From assembly GCA_021613535.1 (NCBI GenBank), contig CP075495.1:3906001-3970000 (forward strand): a DNA stretch of 64,000 bases, given 5' to 3'. The position numbers were made by a program, and so were the translations under genes. This stretch comes from Adineta vaga. Taxonomy: Eukaryota; Animalia; Rotifera. Every line of letters starts with the position of its first letter. Position 1 is the first letter of the stretch. Positions 43,936-56,102 of the stretch are shown here, in pieces. The notes beneath the pieces are model-generated. The model was given only the letters and a program-made list of their open reading frames with translations. It had not been told where the DNA came from and did no database searches.

Positions 43936-46630
43936 ATGACGCCAGATCCACCTGATGATGATAAATGTCAAGTGTCGATGTGTTGTCAAACACATTTTAC
44001 TTATTGTCCACATTGTAAATTATTTGTCTGTATAGAACATCTGAATGAACATTATACCAATTACAAACAAGAATATCAAGTTTTATTAAATGATGGTAAA
44101 CAACAACAAATCTTGAATAAACAATTTATTGATGATATTGAAAAAGAAAAACAACAATTAACAACTTTTTTCAATCGAGAAATTGACTATTATCAAGTTA
44201 ATGATACATATTTCTATGAAAAAACTATTCAATCAACAATACGACCACAAGATTGTGCTGATTTACGTTTACATATATTACAATCATCACAAAAACGATT
44301 GAAATTTAAAAAATTTATGCATCAGATACAACAATTAATGAATGATTATGAATATCATCAACCGAATGGAATTATTGATGGTAAATAGAAACAAAACAAT
44401 TCAGTTTTCATTTTCCTAATTATAGATACTCCGAATTCAATATTGCCAATAAAACATGAAGAAATTATCATTAAACCACGAAGTATGCATGTTCAATATG
44501 AAGAAATAAAATATCTATTGAAATTTTAGTTAATAAATCATCACCTCTAGCACAATTTTCTATTGATTATGAAGAAATCGACGATGATGATGATGATGAT
44601 GAAGGCGAACAACAGCCACCACCACCGCCATCACAGATGAATAACAATCATTCAACGAATAATCAACAATGCATATCAAAGTAATTTCAAAAAAAGATTT
44701 GGAATCAGATTTTTAATTTTTAATCGATGACAAATATGTGAAAGTTAAAAAGGATAGAGAATATCTTGTCAGCTATTGAGATCGATTATACAATACAAAC
44801 GAATGAAGATATTTTCAACTCCTATGTTTACAGATTTAAATAACTTTTCTGGTCAATGTAAGTAACAAATATCTGCTGAATTCTTACTAAATGAATTTCT
44901 ATTCTGCCTATACACTGACCATATTAACCCTTTCCTGCCCTATGGTATTTATAAATACCATATTATAAAAAATTGATTCTTCTAAATTATGAGACATTTA
45001 GGAAAGAGTTTTATATCAACTTAAAGTTTGTATATGGTGTATCTGAAATCAAAAGTTTGACCCTATTCTTTACCATAAAAATGATATTTTTGACGTTCTA
45101 TGAAAACATAATGTTACGCTGAAACTAATCATTTCGAATTATTTCATCAACTACAAGAATAGATCTTTCAAATTTCTGAATAAACGACAATACGGCTAAC
45201 AGCACACGACGTGAATGTGGTGTTCATGTGTTTACATGAATCTCATCATTGTTCTTGCTTTGTTGTTATTTTCATACATTTTTTGAAAGAAAAAGAATAA
45301 AAAACGTATTACGTATATAATATATTGACTTAACGGATTTTACTCAAAGTTCGCCTATATATACTAGGGGTCATAAGATTACTGTTATTGAGCGATTCGT
45401 TCTTCCAAACCCTCCGGTTCAGCCAAAGGCAAGAAAGGGTTAAGCTTCATTGCGATTTAAGAATAGGATGATAATGATGTGTAAGGCAATGTCATAAATT
45501 AGACAAAACGAGATAATATCATTTGTCAAAGTTGAAATTCAAAGAACATCTTGTCTATATTTAGCATTCCAAATGGTAAACATCCAAGTACTACTAAAAA
45601 CAGTCGAAAAGAAGTAACTTCTACAGATATAACAAAAACAAATCACACTACATCAAGTCGATCTGGTAATGATAGAATAGAATGAAATAATCATTTTATT
45701 CGTTCTTTTTTTCAGATGAAGATCTAGAAGAAGAAGAGGAAACTGATGATGATCATATTGGTTCTGATCCTGATTTTAGTGGCAATCGTCAAACAGTAAA
45801 TTTAAAGTTAGTTCATGAAATTTATTTATTTAAAAAATCATTTCTTTTTTCTTCTATATTTGAAGTGTACGGCGTAAGAAAGAAGGTTCAACACCGGTAA
45901 GTAATGATCTTCTTTCAATAACTTTTCCTATTTTAAAACCATTCTATGCAAATCTAGAGACCTATTGTAAATCATTTTCAAGTTGGAATATGTCCATTAG
46001 CAGATAAACTGTATGGTATTGATTTAAAGAAGCATCCTTTACGTCATGTACCATGTTCACGTAGCAACATATCCTCCATTTACTTATTCACTCATTTACG
46101 TGTTTTCCATTGTCTTAGTTCCAAAGCTTCATGTAAATATTTAATGATGAGAAAAAAAAACCTATTCTATTTTGCTTTGTTTTTGTCTTTTAGTACGTCT
46201 TGTCCGTCATATAATGTATAATGGTTGTGAACGTGATTTTGATCTTTTTTCTCAAGCAACTGAATCACTTGTAAATATTCTACCCAAGTCTTATCGTGGT
46301 CGTTGTCCATTAACAAAATTAGGTGTTTTTGGTTTAACGAAATATCATGATATACGATTATGTCAGGAACATCAAACTCATGAAAATACAGGTCTATTAA
46401 ATCATTTTGTTGTTTATCATTGTCTTTCATATCCATGGGCTAATAAATTATGCAATGCAATGCAAGCAGGAGATTCTGATGGTAGTAAACAAATTTTATT
46501 CAAACCAAATGAAGCGATAAAAGCAAGAAAATGGTTAACAACACAAGGAAAATTAATACTCGCGAAACGTTATTCAGCCGTACGAAAACGAAAGAAAAAG
46601 TTAACAATAAATAAAACGAAAAAGAAATAG
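43936..46630 (+). CDS. Tandem paralogue of 41530-43532 with two CPL-initiated Cys2His2 repeats
   Basis: CQVSMC...CPHCKLFVCIEHLNEH; acidic linker; CPLADKLYGI...VPC...HLRVFH and CPLTKLGVFGL...IRLC...HFVVYH; basic NLS-like tail. Confidence 0.7.
44928..45439. mobile_element. Non-autonomous piggyBac-type element (MITE, 512 bp) in an intron
   Basis: TTAA at 44924-44927 and 45440-45443. Terminal inverted repeats CCCTTTCCTGCC / GGCAAGAAAGGG (11 of 12 match). Perfect 22-bp palindrome at 44941-44962. Confidence 0.85.
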
Positions 46631-46950
46631 AAAATTCCTCTTTAATTAATTAGTCTATTTATGTCACATTCCATATTTATATATATATATATATTTGTGT
46701 TAATGAACTTTCTTTCAGTATTGTTGTAGTTAAGGTAATTTCGTGTCAAATCAGATAAATGTTTTGCTGATTTCTTTTGTGCTTTTTTTTGTTCTTCTAA
46801 TTTTTAGTTTCAGATCTGTTTTCTTTTTTCATTTTTTGTGATCAAGTTTCATGACTCATTGTGTCTAGTTTTGTCATGTTTATAAATACGAAATTTATCA
46901 GTTTGAAAACTCGATAATTAATGATGATATAGAATTCGTAAAATAATCGA

Positions 46951-47733
46951 TTAAAATGAATAGGATATTGTTATTTCATCTGATTCTTTGTCAATATTTA
47001 GTTGATTTCGATTCTGTAAACTTCGCTTTGGATGTAACATTGACCATGCAATTAACGTTAATACAATAGGTAAGATTTGAAAAAAATAAAACCATTCTTC
47101 ATCATCATTAATTAGAATATAATATTTCGGTATGGACATGATTAATAAGAAAAAAACAATAATGATACAATTAAAACTTGATATCAATAGTAATAGAATG
47201 AATTCATAAGACATATTCGAAATGATTTTCATCCAAAACCAAAGAAAATAGAAAAGAATTGTTATTAAACATATAATTGATGTTGAAAGTTGTCGAAAAA
47301 GAAAACTTAAATTAATCTTATTCGATTGAAATGCTAATAATCCAGCAGGTGTCATTAGAATATCCGATAGAAGAATACTTGCACTAACACCAAGAAAAAT
47401 ACAACGAAATTTTTGCTGAGAAAATTGTAAAAGACATGTGAAATTAGCTACAATAATTGAACGTTGTCCAATTGTATATAAAACAGTCATAATAATATAG
47501 ACTATTCTTGAATTAATCACTGTGATATTCAATGTGGCACGAAGTAGAAGTTCAGTAAAAATTGTTAAATGTGAGAAAAATACTAAAATTGTTAAACGAA
47601 TTGGATGACAATGATTTTGAATTGATTGAATACACCAAAAGATCAATGAAAGAAAAACCAAAGCTAAAAATATCCATGCAATCAATTTGTTTGGTATATA
47701 TGTTGGAAATGGATAATTAGAAAAGTCAACCAT
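46951..47733 (-). CDS. RTA1-like (lipid-translocating exporter family) 7TM protein, intronless
   Basis: YIPNKLIAWIFLALVF...Q; ELLLRA; about 7 hydrophobic helices; C-terminal EEWFYFFQILPIVLTLIAWSMLHP matches the RTA1 E-x-x-FY-x-F-D-x-LP...HP pattern. Confidence 0.65.
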   Translation of the reverse strand: MVDFSNYPFPTYIPNKLIAWIFLALVFLSLIFWCIQSIQNHCHPIRLTILVFFSHLTIFTELLLRATLNITVINSRIVYIIMTVLYTIGQRSIIVANFTCLLQFSQQKFRCIFLGVSASILLSDILMTPAGLLAFQSNKINLSFLFRQLSTSIICLITILFYFLWFWMKIISNMSYEFILLLLISSFNCIIIVFFLLIMSIPKYYILINDDEEWFYFFQILPIVLTLIAWSMLHPKRSLQNRNQLNIDKESDEITISYSF

Positions 47734-48899
47734 AATGATAGCAAAAAGAAATGACGTTCTTCTATTGTATTAGAAGAAGAATAAAAGGCAAATAATTGAC
47801 AACATTATTTATCTGAAGTCAATAATATCATTTATGATTTTATGTATCGATCGAGGCATGAATTCAATCATATAGTTTTTTTTGAATGATGAGAAGCCGT
47901 ACTAGATTAAACTTATACAATCACTGTATGTCTTTCTTGCTGATGGATGATTCACTGATTACAAAACGAATGTGCCTTTCTCATTATGTGTTAATCAGAT
48001 CCAATCAATCGATTCAGCAATGGTAAACTCAAAAATCAATAGAATTTACTTTCACCTTTAAACAAACCGGTAAATTTGTTTTCAATTAGCTTTCAATATA
48101 CTAATAGTAAATGGATTGATTAATGTGAATCGATAAGAATTAATACATTTGAGAAGGAGTAATGCTAGCTTTTTTTTCTTAAGTGCAAATGGATCTTACC
48201 GATAATTGGTTCTCGATTCACTTACAATCAGGATTTCGTATCAGTCTAGTATACATATTATAATGCTGGATTTCTTCATATGCATAAGAGTTACAAGAAA
48301 GGTAATGGAATAGCATCATTTATTGTTTCAATATTTTCTAAATAGAATAATTCATTTACAAAACAAAATCTTCTACAGCTTGTTTTGATTTAACACTTCT
48401 GCATCTATTTTCATGCTTCCTATCAGCCGTTTTCACACAATTTATATTCATTAGTAGAATCATTATGGACCATCTTGATACATAATCGCTATTTTATGAC
48501 ACAATTTTTATGTTTTTTTTTGCTACGTATAAAGAGAGGGCTCAATTCTCTAAAGTTCACCAGACTAGTTGCATAGAAGATTTATTTAAACAATCTGAGA
48601 CATAATAAACTATGATATACGAATAGGATTTGTAATCAGTCAAAATTTAGCAAAGATACAATAGATAAATGTTGATTTCTCGAAACTATCTGTTTATGTA
48701 CCTTTAACTAGTACAATTTTCTTTTATTCAATATAGAGAAGGAAAAAAAAGAATTTTTATTATACAAAATAGATTACAAAGTGAAGGCTATTTTCTTACT
48801 CAACAGACTTATGCATATCACATAAATTCTCTCCTATATACGTTTGAAAAACGAAAAGTTAGATGCATGCGATTGCAGTTGCCATGATTGTATGCTGGT

Positions 48900-51080
48900 T
48901 TATGTTTGATTTGTACGTACATATACTAGTATATATGCATTGTTGGTGATGATATCTTTATCATTATTAACTTTGGTCACATTTGTATCATCAAATAAAT
49001 ACCATTGTTTATCATCTCTATTTTTGGCATATGTTGTATAATGTCCTGATGTAAGATTACCGATATGATTGGAAACAGCAACAAGATTATATTTTGTTGA
49101 TGAATTGTTTTCTTCTTGATTTTTATCATCTTTAACAATGTATTCACTTAGATCAAGTTCATCTACAGGAAATGAAATAAAAGTATCGATTTTTTCACTG
49201 GAACGAATATCAAAAGTAAATCGTTTCAATTGTATAATTAGTACTTCAGGTAATGGTAGACATAAACTGGATTTTCGTCGAGCTTTAGTTGGTTTTGAAC
49301 ATTTAGTACAATGATAATCACTATCAAGAAGTTCTTCATGGAAGAAATCAGTAATGAGACTTTTTAATGATGATCGATCCATTGAATTATTAATATGATT
49401 ATGTACTTTGTAGATTTCAACATAGTCAACAGGCATTTCAATCTCAACTGATTTTAAATATGGAAGATTGTAGTTTCGATCTAACTTGTATTGGCGTTCG
49501 GATTGATCGTACCAGGATAAATGACAAGCAGATATTGGTGCATTTGTTACAGAACAAAGATGGCCAAGAAGATCATCCAGTTGATCTGACAGATCAACAT
49601 AACGACAACTATGACTTGGAACAGTCAGGATACTTGGTGGACGAAATTGTCTTCTATTAGAAACATCAATAAATTCACAAAGAATATATTTCTGATCACT
49701 AAATTTTTCTGAACATTGTAAAAGAACAAGGTCCTCTGCATGTATCTCACTTAGAGGTTGCATAGGTTCGTATTGAGTTTTGAGAATGTAATTGACTAAC
49801 TTGACTACTAGAATGTAATTTGGTGATAATGATGGTTCATATTGTACACAAAAACAAGCTTTCAAATCAGCAACAGTACGAATTGATGCATCAGTTTGTA
49901 ACGAAACTGTACGATATTCACCATTTGTTTTTACATAAACAATCGTTTTTTCGTTACAATTACTGATAGGTAATGGTAAAAAGCTAATTGGTTCATTTTG
50001 TATTTCTGTATTTTGACATTCTAAACATTTGACTTTCGATTGCATTTGTCCATAGAAATAATCAGTAATAAGTGATTTACTTGTCGAAAGTTCGGCATGC
50101 ATGAGATTTAAAAAATAATTCATAAATTCTTGTGCATCTTGCTGACGATAATTATTATACGGTGTTAATTTATCTTTAATATCGTAGACAAGCAACGATG
50201 GATTCAATGATCGATGTTCTCCTGACCATAGCTTTTCCAATAATCTTCGATATTGATTAATTATTGGTGCATTAATTTCGTTGGATAATTCGAAAATTTT
50301 TTTAGAAAATTCTGGTATGTTACTTAAACATTGAAATACACTATTCATAAAGCATGTATTACCTAAATTGGAAAGACCACATAAACCTTTTGGAAGTTTA
50401 GAGGTATAATTCTCAGCAGCATGATCAATACTGAGAAATGCATATGATCGAATTGGATAATTTTCTATTGTGACATTGTCCATATCGATGTCATATTTTG
50501 CCCAGTAATCTCCATCCGAAACATAGATCGGTTGATTATACGCTGATATATTAAAGTATTCATATGCCTTTCTTCGAAGTTTACCAATAGTAGAAGCAGA
50601 AGAAATTTTTAATTGAATAAAATCTGTTTTATCAAGTGGTGTTTTGCATAGATATAACGTTAAATTATCAGTAGAATTGAAGGATGAGACTGCGGGTGAT
50701 GAATGTTGATTACTCGATCTTGATTGATTCACCCATTCGATACTCAATAGATCATTAGAACGTAGATTTAAACCATTTATAGTAACGAAAGGATTCGAAT
50801 CACTAATTCGTTTCCATTCATATGTATCCCTATCGAACAGTTCCAAAAAGAAGTTGCTTGACGATTCATATATCGCTAAACACCTTGCGACCTTTTCTTT
50901 CAATTCTCTTATGGTATCCGTTGTCCATACGGTGACCGAAGTAGTGCTATCTTGATTGCGTCTCGATCTGCAAACATTGAAGAATAGAGGTTCGATTGAT
51001 CTTCCAGTATCGTATGTTAACAGTGGTCGATTGTAACTACTGTACGTAGTCCATCCATACGGATAATTATAATAACTCAT
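48900..51080 (-). CDS. Ubiquitin-specific protease (C19), USP4/11/15-like split catalytic domain, intronless
   Basis: GLSNLGNTCFMNS, QQDAQEF, LIIQLKRF, HIGNLTSGHYT, WYLFDD, NAYILVY. Insert of about 200 aa after FLPLP; UBL-like N-terminal segments. Confidence 0.92.
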   Translation of the reverse strand: MSYYNYPYGWTTYSSYNRPLLTYDTGRSIEPLFFNVCRSRRNQDSTTSVTVWTTDTIRELKEKVARCLAIYESSSNFFLELFDRDTYEWKRISDSNPFVTINGLNLRSNDLLSIEWVNQSRSSNQHSSPAVSSFNSTDNLTLYLCKTPLDKTDFIQLKISSASTIGKLRRKAYEYFNISAYNQPIYVSDGDYWAKYDIDMDNVTIENYPIRSYAFLSIDHAAENYTSKLPKGLCGLSNLGNTCFMNSVFQCLSNIPEFSKKIFELSNEINAPIINQYRRLLEKLWSGEHRSLNPSLLVYDIKDKLTPYNNYRQQDAQEFMNYFLNLMHAELSTSKSLITDYFYGQMQSKVKCLECQNTEIQNEPISFLPLPISNCNEKTIVYVKTNGEYRTVSLQTDASIRTVADLKACFCVQYEPSLSPNYILVVKLVNYILKTQYEPMQPLSEIHAEDLVLLQCSEKFSDQKYILCEFIDVSNRRQFRPPSILTVPSHSCRYVDLSDQLDDLLGHLCSVTNAPISACHLSWYDQSERQYKLDRNYNLPYLKSVEIEMPVDYVEIYKVHNHINNSMDRSSLKSLITDFFHEELLDSDYHCTKCSKPTKARRKSSLCLPLPEVLIIQLKRFTFDIRSSEKIDTFISFPVDELDLSEYIVKDDKNQEENNSSTKYNLVAVSNHIGNLTSGHYTTYAKNRDDKQWYLFDDTNVTKVNNDKDIITNNAYILVYVRTNQT

Positions 51081-51248
51081 ACAGCGAAATTGTTATGAAT
51101 AATTATCGAAGATTCTACGTTCAATCTATTTTAAAATGATATCTGAAAAGACGAAAAAAGTTTTCTTTTCTAAAAGAATCATATAATATATCTAAAAAAT
51201 ACATGAAAAGTTTTATCAAATTTTATTAAGTATAAAAATAACATCCTT

Positions 51249-52678
51249 TTATAATAGAGTGCTATCACATTCGTTTACTTTCAAATAAACAAGTACATAA
51301 GCATGACTGGTAATAATTTCATTCGGATGAATCTGTTTTGTATGATCATCATTAAACAGATACCATTGTTTCGTTTGATAATTTCTTGCTAATGTCGTAT
51401 AATGTCCACTAGCTAAACTTCCTTGATGAGATGAAATAGCACATAATTGATAGATATCATTATTTGATATTAAATTCTGATATTGTAGTTTATAATGAAC
51501 AAATGTATCGATTTTACTGCTCGTTCCATCGAATGGAAAACGTTTTAATTGAATAATCAAAACTGGAGGTGATGGGGAACAGATTATTGTTTTTTGTTTT
51601 GCCTGTGTATAATTCGAACATGATTGACAATAATATAATCCATCAAGATTTTCTTCTGACCGATAATCATTTATCAAATCTTCAAGAAGAATTTCTTTGA
51701 TCGATGAAGTTTCTCTTGGTAATGGTAATGGAAGAAATGTTGTTGTTTCATCAGTTGTATTGATTGACTTACAACCAAGACATGTAACTTGAGATTGCAT
51801 ATGAGTGTGAAAAAGTTTTGAAATAATTGGTGCAAAATTAGATTGCTCTAATGCATTCAAAAGTGAATTCATAAATTCATGAGAATCTTTTTGACCATAA
51901 TCCGCAAATATTGGAGCAGAACGACTAACAACGGTTTTTATATTTCGTGGATTGACCGTTTTATTCTTACCGGACCACATTGATTGAATCAATGTAGTAT
52001 AAACATGGGTAATATCTGTAGTTTGTACTGATGATTCTAATTGATAGTTTTGAGTATATTTCGTCAGTTCCGGTATATTACTTAAACATTGAAGGGCACT
52101 GTTCATAAAACATGTATTACCGATATTATTTAAGCCACATAAACCTGATGTATATGGTGTCGATTCACCTTGAGGTTGCCTTGTTGGCAATTTCTGTTCT
52201 GCCAATGCGTCATTTTTGCTGTCGATAGACGATGAGATTAGTTTGATTGACTGAACTACCGTTGTAGATGGCGGTAATTGCGTCAGAATAGTATTGTTTT
52301 CATCATTTGTATATGATTTTTCTCGTGGAGCTGGTATAGGTAGTTGTCGGGTTTCTGTTTTATTTTTAAAGATAGTTCTCGGTGTAACTGGAGGTGGAAT
52401 TGTTCTTAGAGAAGCTATAGAAACATTCCCATTTGTGTGAATATTAAAGATCAATGTAGAATATACGTACTCGATGGTTTTTGTCTAGTATTTCGTGGTG
52501 GTACAATAGGTTTTGATTGTATTTTTGTAGATTTTGGATGAGACAGATGATTTTGTTTTGAAGGTAAGGTTTCGATTGATACTGATTGAAAATCTGTTTG
52601 TTTTGATGTTCTCACAATATGTGCTAATTCACTACGGCGTTTGAGTGTTTTTTCGTTCTTAGCCTGAAAATTACTCAT
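51249..52678 (-). CDS. Ubiquitin-specific protease (C19), compact catalytic domain, two exons
   Basis: GLNNIGNTCFMNSALQ, QKDSHEF, QLKRF, HQGSLASGHYT, WYLFND. Intron TCGA|gtacgt...ctatag|CTTCT joins ORFs 52451-52678 and 51249-52454. Confidence 0.92.
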
Positions 52679-53567
52679 CTTCGAAATGATTAAAATTGAA
52701 TCAAGATAAGTCTATGTTAAAGGCCATATTTGTCATTTCTTTTTCAATGCAGTTTGAATCAAATTTTGCCAGTGTAGGAAGAAGAAAAAACGAGCTGACA
52801 CTGATTCTTCGCTTACCTACCATGATATATGTTTTTTTCGAAGGAAAGGGAAAAAACAGAAAATGACGAGCTGTGACTCAAAGAGTTTGTTTTGCTCTCA
52901 AACATGAAAGGAAAAATACACGAACCAATATTTATACATACATGAAATATTCTATTTACGTCTGATAATTTCTATGCTTCAGTAATCTCAATCGTAAAAA
53001 TATATACTGTTGTGTTGAAAATATTTCACCCGTTGAAAAATTTAATTAAAATCAATTATTTATTGTCGATGATTCAACTGACGAAATTAGAAAGATTACA
53101 TGAATTATAAGATATTATCAATATATCTGTGTGTATCAGAAATGATTACTTTGTCGTTGTCGTCGAATGTTATCATAGAACAAGAGAATTTCGTTATTAT
53201 ATAGTAATCGATGAGTCACAAACTTTGTTGTATCATCTGAGAAATGCTCTTTGATGAATATTTGCATGACATTCTCAAATATTATCATTTATATAAAGGC
53301 TATCTATGCAAAAGTTCGTACTATGGTGGGCGTAACATTGAAAAATATAGTCGAACAGATCTTATTTTTATAATATTTTTTATATTTTCTTTTGTCGAAA
53401 GATAGAAAATTGCATCATCTTTTTATTTAGCTTGAGAATTCAAATGAAAAAGGATGTATTTTTCTCCGTTAGCAAAACATCTGTTTTTCATAACCTAAAT
53501 ATAATATGATGTGACACTACCATTCGTTTACTTGTTTAATTCATTTACAAATATTGACAATTAACAA

Positions 53568-54493
53568 ATGACACTTTCTGATCTATATCTATTTCTGTTG
53601 ATTTTAACTAATAACGAACTAAATTCTGTATATTCATTATATCTAAATGAAAATCCTTATGAATGTGATTATACAATCGAAACATGTGGTTGTTCATTGA
53701 ATTCACCTATTTTTGTTCGAACAACTCGAATTGTTGGTGGTGAACCTGTTTCGGTTCATCGAAGTTGGCCATGGATGGTATCCGTTCGTAAATGGGGACA
53801 TCATATTTGTGGTGGTGTGATCATATCACCGTTATTTATTCTTACCGCTGCACATTGTATTCCAACACATGGCCTTTCCGTTGCTATTGGTATTACTCAA
53901 CAATCCAATCTAACAAATAAAGATGATCGTATTCAAGCTATTACTAAAGTTTATCGACACTCGAATTGGAATGCTGAGAAAATGCATAATGATGATCTCG
54001 CAATTCTTCAACTTGAACATCCACTGAATAATCATTTGTTTAATCGAATATGTCTACCAAAACAATCCGATAATTTACCTATTGATAGTGAAGTTATTGC
54101 AATTGGTTTTGGCCGAGAAAAAGAATCAAGTACGAGATCATCGGATATGTTACGTCAAATTAAACTTCGAATACTTTCACCAATATCACAAACTTGCCAA
54201 GACGAATATACTGATCCAGATACGCAACTATGTGCTGGATTAGAAACATCGAACAAAGGTTAGTGATTACATTCTTATCTATTCCTTCATGATTTCTTTT
54301 TGGAGTAGATACATGCACTGGAGATAGTGGTGGTCCACTAATGTATTTTTCACCGATTAACAATCGATTTGAACTTGTTGGGATTATTAGTTTTGGTACA
54401 GGTTGTGGTCATGCAAATCATGCAGGTATTTACACACGTGTTTCATCTTATTTAGATTGGATTGAAACAATTATATCGAATGAAACAAACTAA
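53568..54493 (+). CDS. Secreted trypsin-like serine protease (S1A)
   Basis: R|IVGG, WPW, TAAHC, NDDLAIL, spliced K|DTCTGDSGGP, GIYTRVS. Confidence 0.93.
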
Positions 54494-54637
54494 TTTTTCT
54501 TCTTCTTCTTCTTCATCAAGCGGGAAACTAATTGAAAACATTTCTGTTTAAATATATATTTTTGTTTCCTTCTAAATAAGATTTTCTCCTTCTGATCGAG
54601 ATGTATAGTATTGAAATCATAGATATAATCATATAAT

Positions 54638-55036
54638 ATGGTCGAACTTGAATCATTCTATATTTCTAAATGGTTATTACTTACTATCATTGTTAGTTCG
54701 ATCATTATTATTGCTATTGGATTATTCTCTTGGTATTCACATCAACGACAACGAAATAAGAAAAATCGAAATAAACCAATGAAAAATATAAAACCAGTTC
54801 AACAACAAAAATTATTTCAGAAAATTGAATATTTATCATCACCACCAAATTCTAATCTTCCAATTAAATCTCGATCAATAACTTCATTACAATTCACAAA
54901 TACTGACATAGCCTATCTTGATAAACTCGTTCGTACGGCAAGTGATCGTTCTATATGGACACGAGATCATTCAAAATCTAATACATATCATAAATCACGT
55001 CGGGTACCTTCCGGACAAATATATTACAAAACATAA
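54638..55036 (+). CDS. Small single-pass membrane protein, unknown function
   Basis: 132-aa ORF with one hydrophobic helix followed by a basic stop-transfer stretch. Confidence 0.6.
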   Translation: MVELESFYISKWLLLTIIVSSIIIIAIGLFSWYSHQRQRNKKNRNKPMKNIKPVQQQKLFQKIEYLSSPPNSNLPIKSRSITSLQFTNTDIAYLDKLVRTASDRSIWTRDHSKSNTYHKSRRVPSGQIYYKT

Positions 55037-55109
55037 ATTCTTCGAAATTAAATGTGAATCTATTTTGTTGTGCTTCCTAATATTATATGTGCAAAAGAAA
55101 AGAAAAAGC

Positions 55110-55906
55110 TTAAGAAGCATGTGTCATTAAATGTTGCTTAAGTTTAGGCATTGTTGCAAAAGTATTCGAACATTGATGACATTGTAATTCATTACCGAGT
55201 AATCTTTTCATTCTTGTTGTATCAGTACGAATGGAACCATTTGCTTGTAGATCATCGATAACATCGCTTGCATCAAGAAAATATTCACTCGTAAATGAAT
55301 TCCAATGTTTTTTCTAAGCGATGAAAAGTATGAATACGAGAGAGGGAGAGAAGGAAAAGATGAATCAACATACTGTTTTTAAACTATCTGATATGAAATC
55401 TTGACTGATGACATGCATATGAAGCAGTGACAAAGATGGAATTGCATGATAACCATAACGAAAACGAGCAAATAAACCCGTTGCATTAGCTTTTGCTGCA
55501 GTTCTATAATTAAGATAAAAGCAAATCAAAGATGAAAACAAATCAACTTACTTCTCAGCAATTTCTTTACCAATTTTAAGCATATGTTTTAGTAAAGGTA
55601 AATCAGTATCATTCACACATTTAAGATCGGCAATGAACTGATTAGGCATGACAAGTAAATGAATGCGTGCCTAGATTAAATAATACAATTTTAATATTAG
55701 AAAAAAATCCGAGAAAATTATCAACATACTTTAGGAAATTTATCTTTAATCACCGTACATAAATCATCTCGATATAATCGTACACTTTCATCATTCAATG
55801 CATCTGATAATGCTACTGACCAATGTGCTTTTTTCCCTTGATTTTGATTGTTATTTTCCAAAGGTGTTCTTCGTTTGAGACTTGTTGGTGATAATGATGA
55901 TGCCAT
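55110..55906 (-). CDS. APTX: Aprataxin (HIT + C2H2 zinc finger), four exons
   Basis: [14 protein letters not shown]|[40 protein letters not shown]...[11 protein letters not shown]. Confidence 0.93.
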
Positions 55907-56102
55907 GATTTCTAAAATAACCAAAAAATGGTCACATATTGTTGTTGTTTTTTATATATTTATATATTGTTTGTAATTACGTCAAGATTGTGTAAGATGA
56001 GTCAATTTATTTCACAAATTTGAAAAGAAAAAGAAAAACACATGAAATGTCAATACTTTCACACACAAACATATAATGAATACAGGAAAAAATGACTCAA
56101 AT

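Noticed and set aside
52410-52475. Overlapping ORFs or programmed frameshift in the second USP
   Set aside because: Explained by a canonical intron of about 56 bp.
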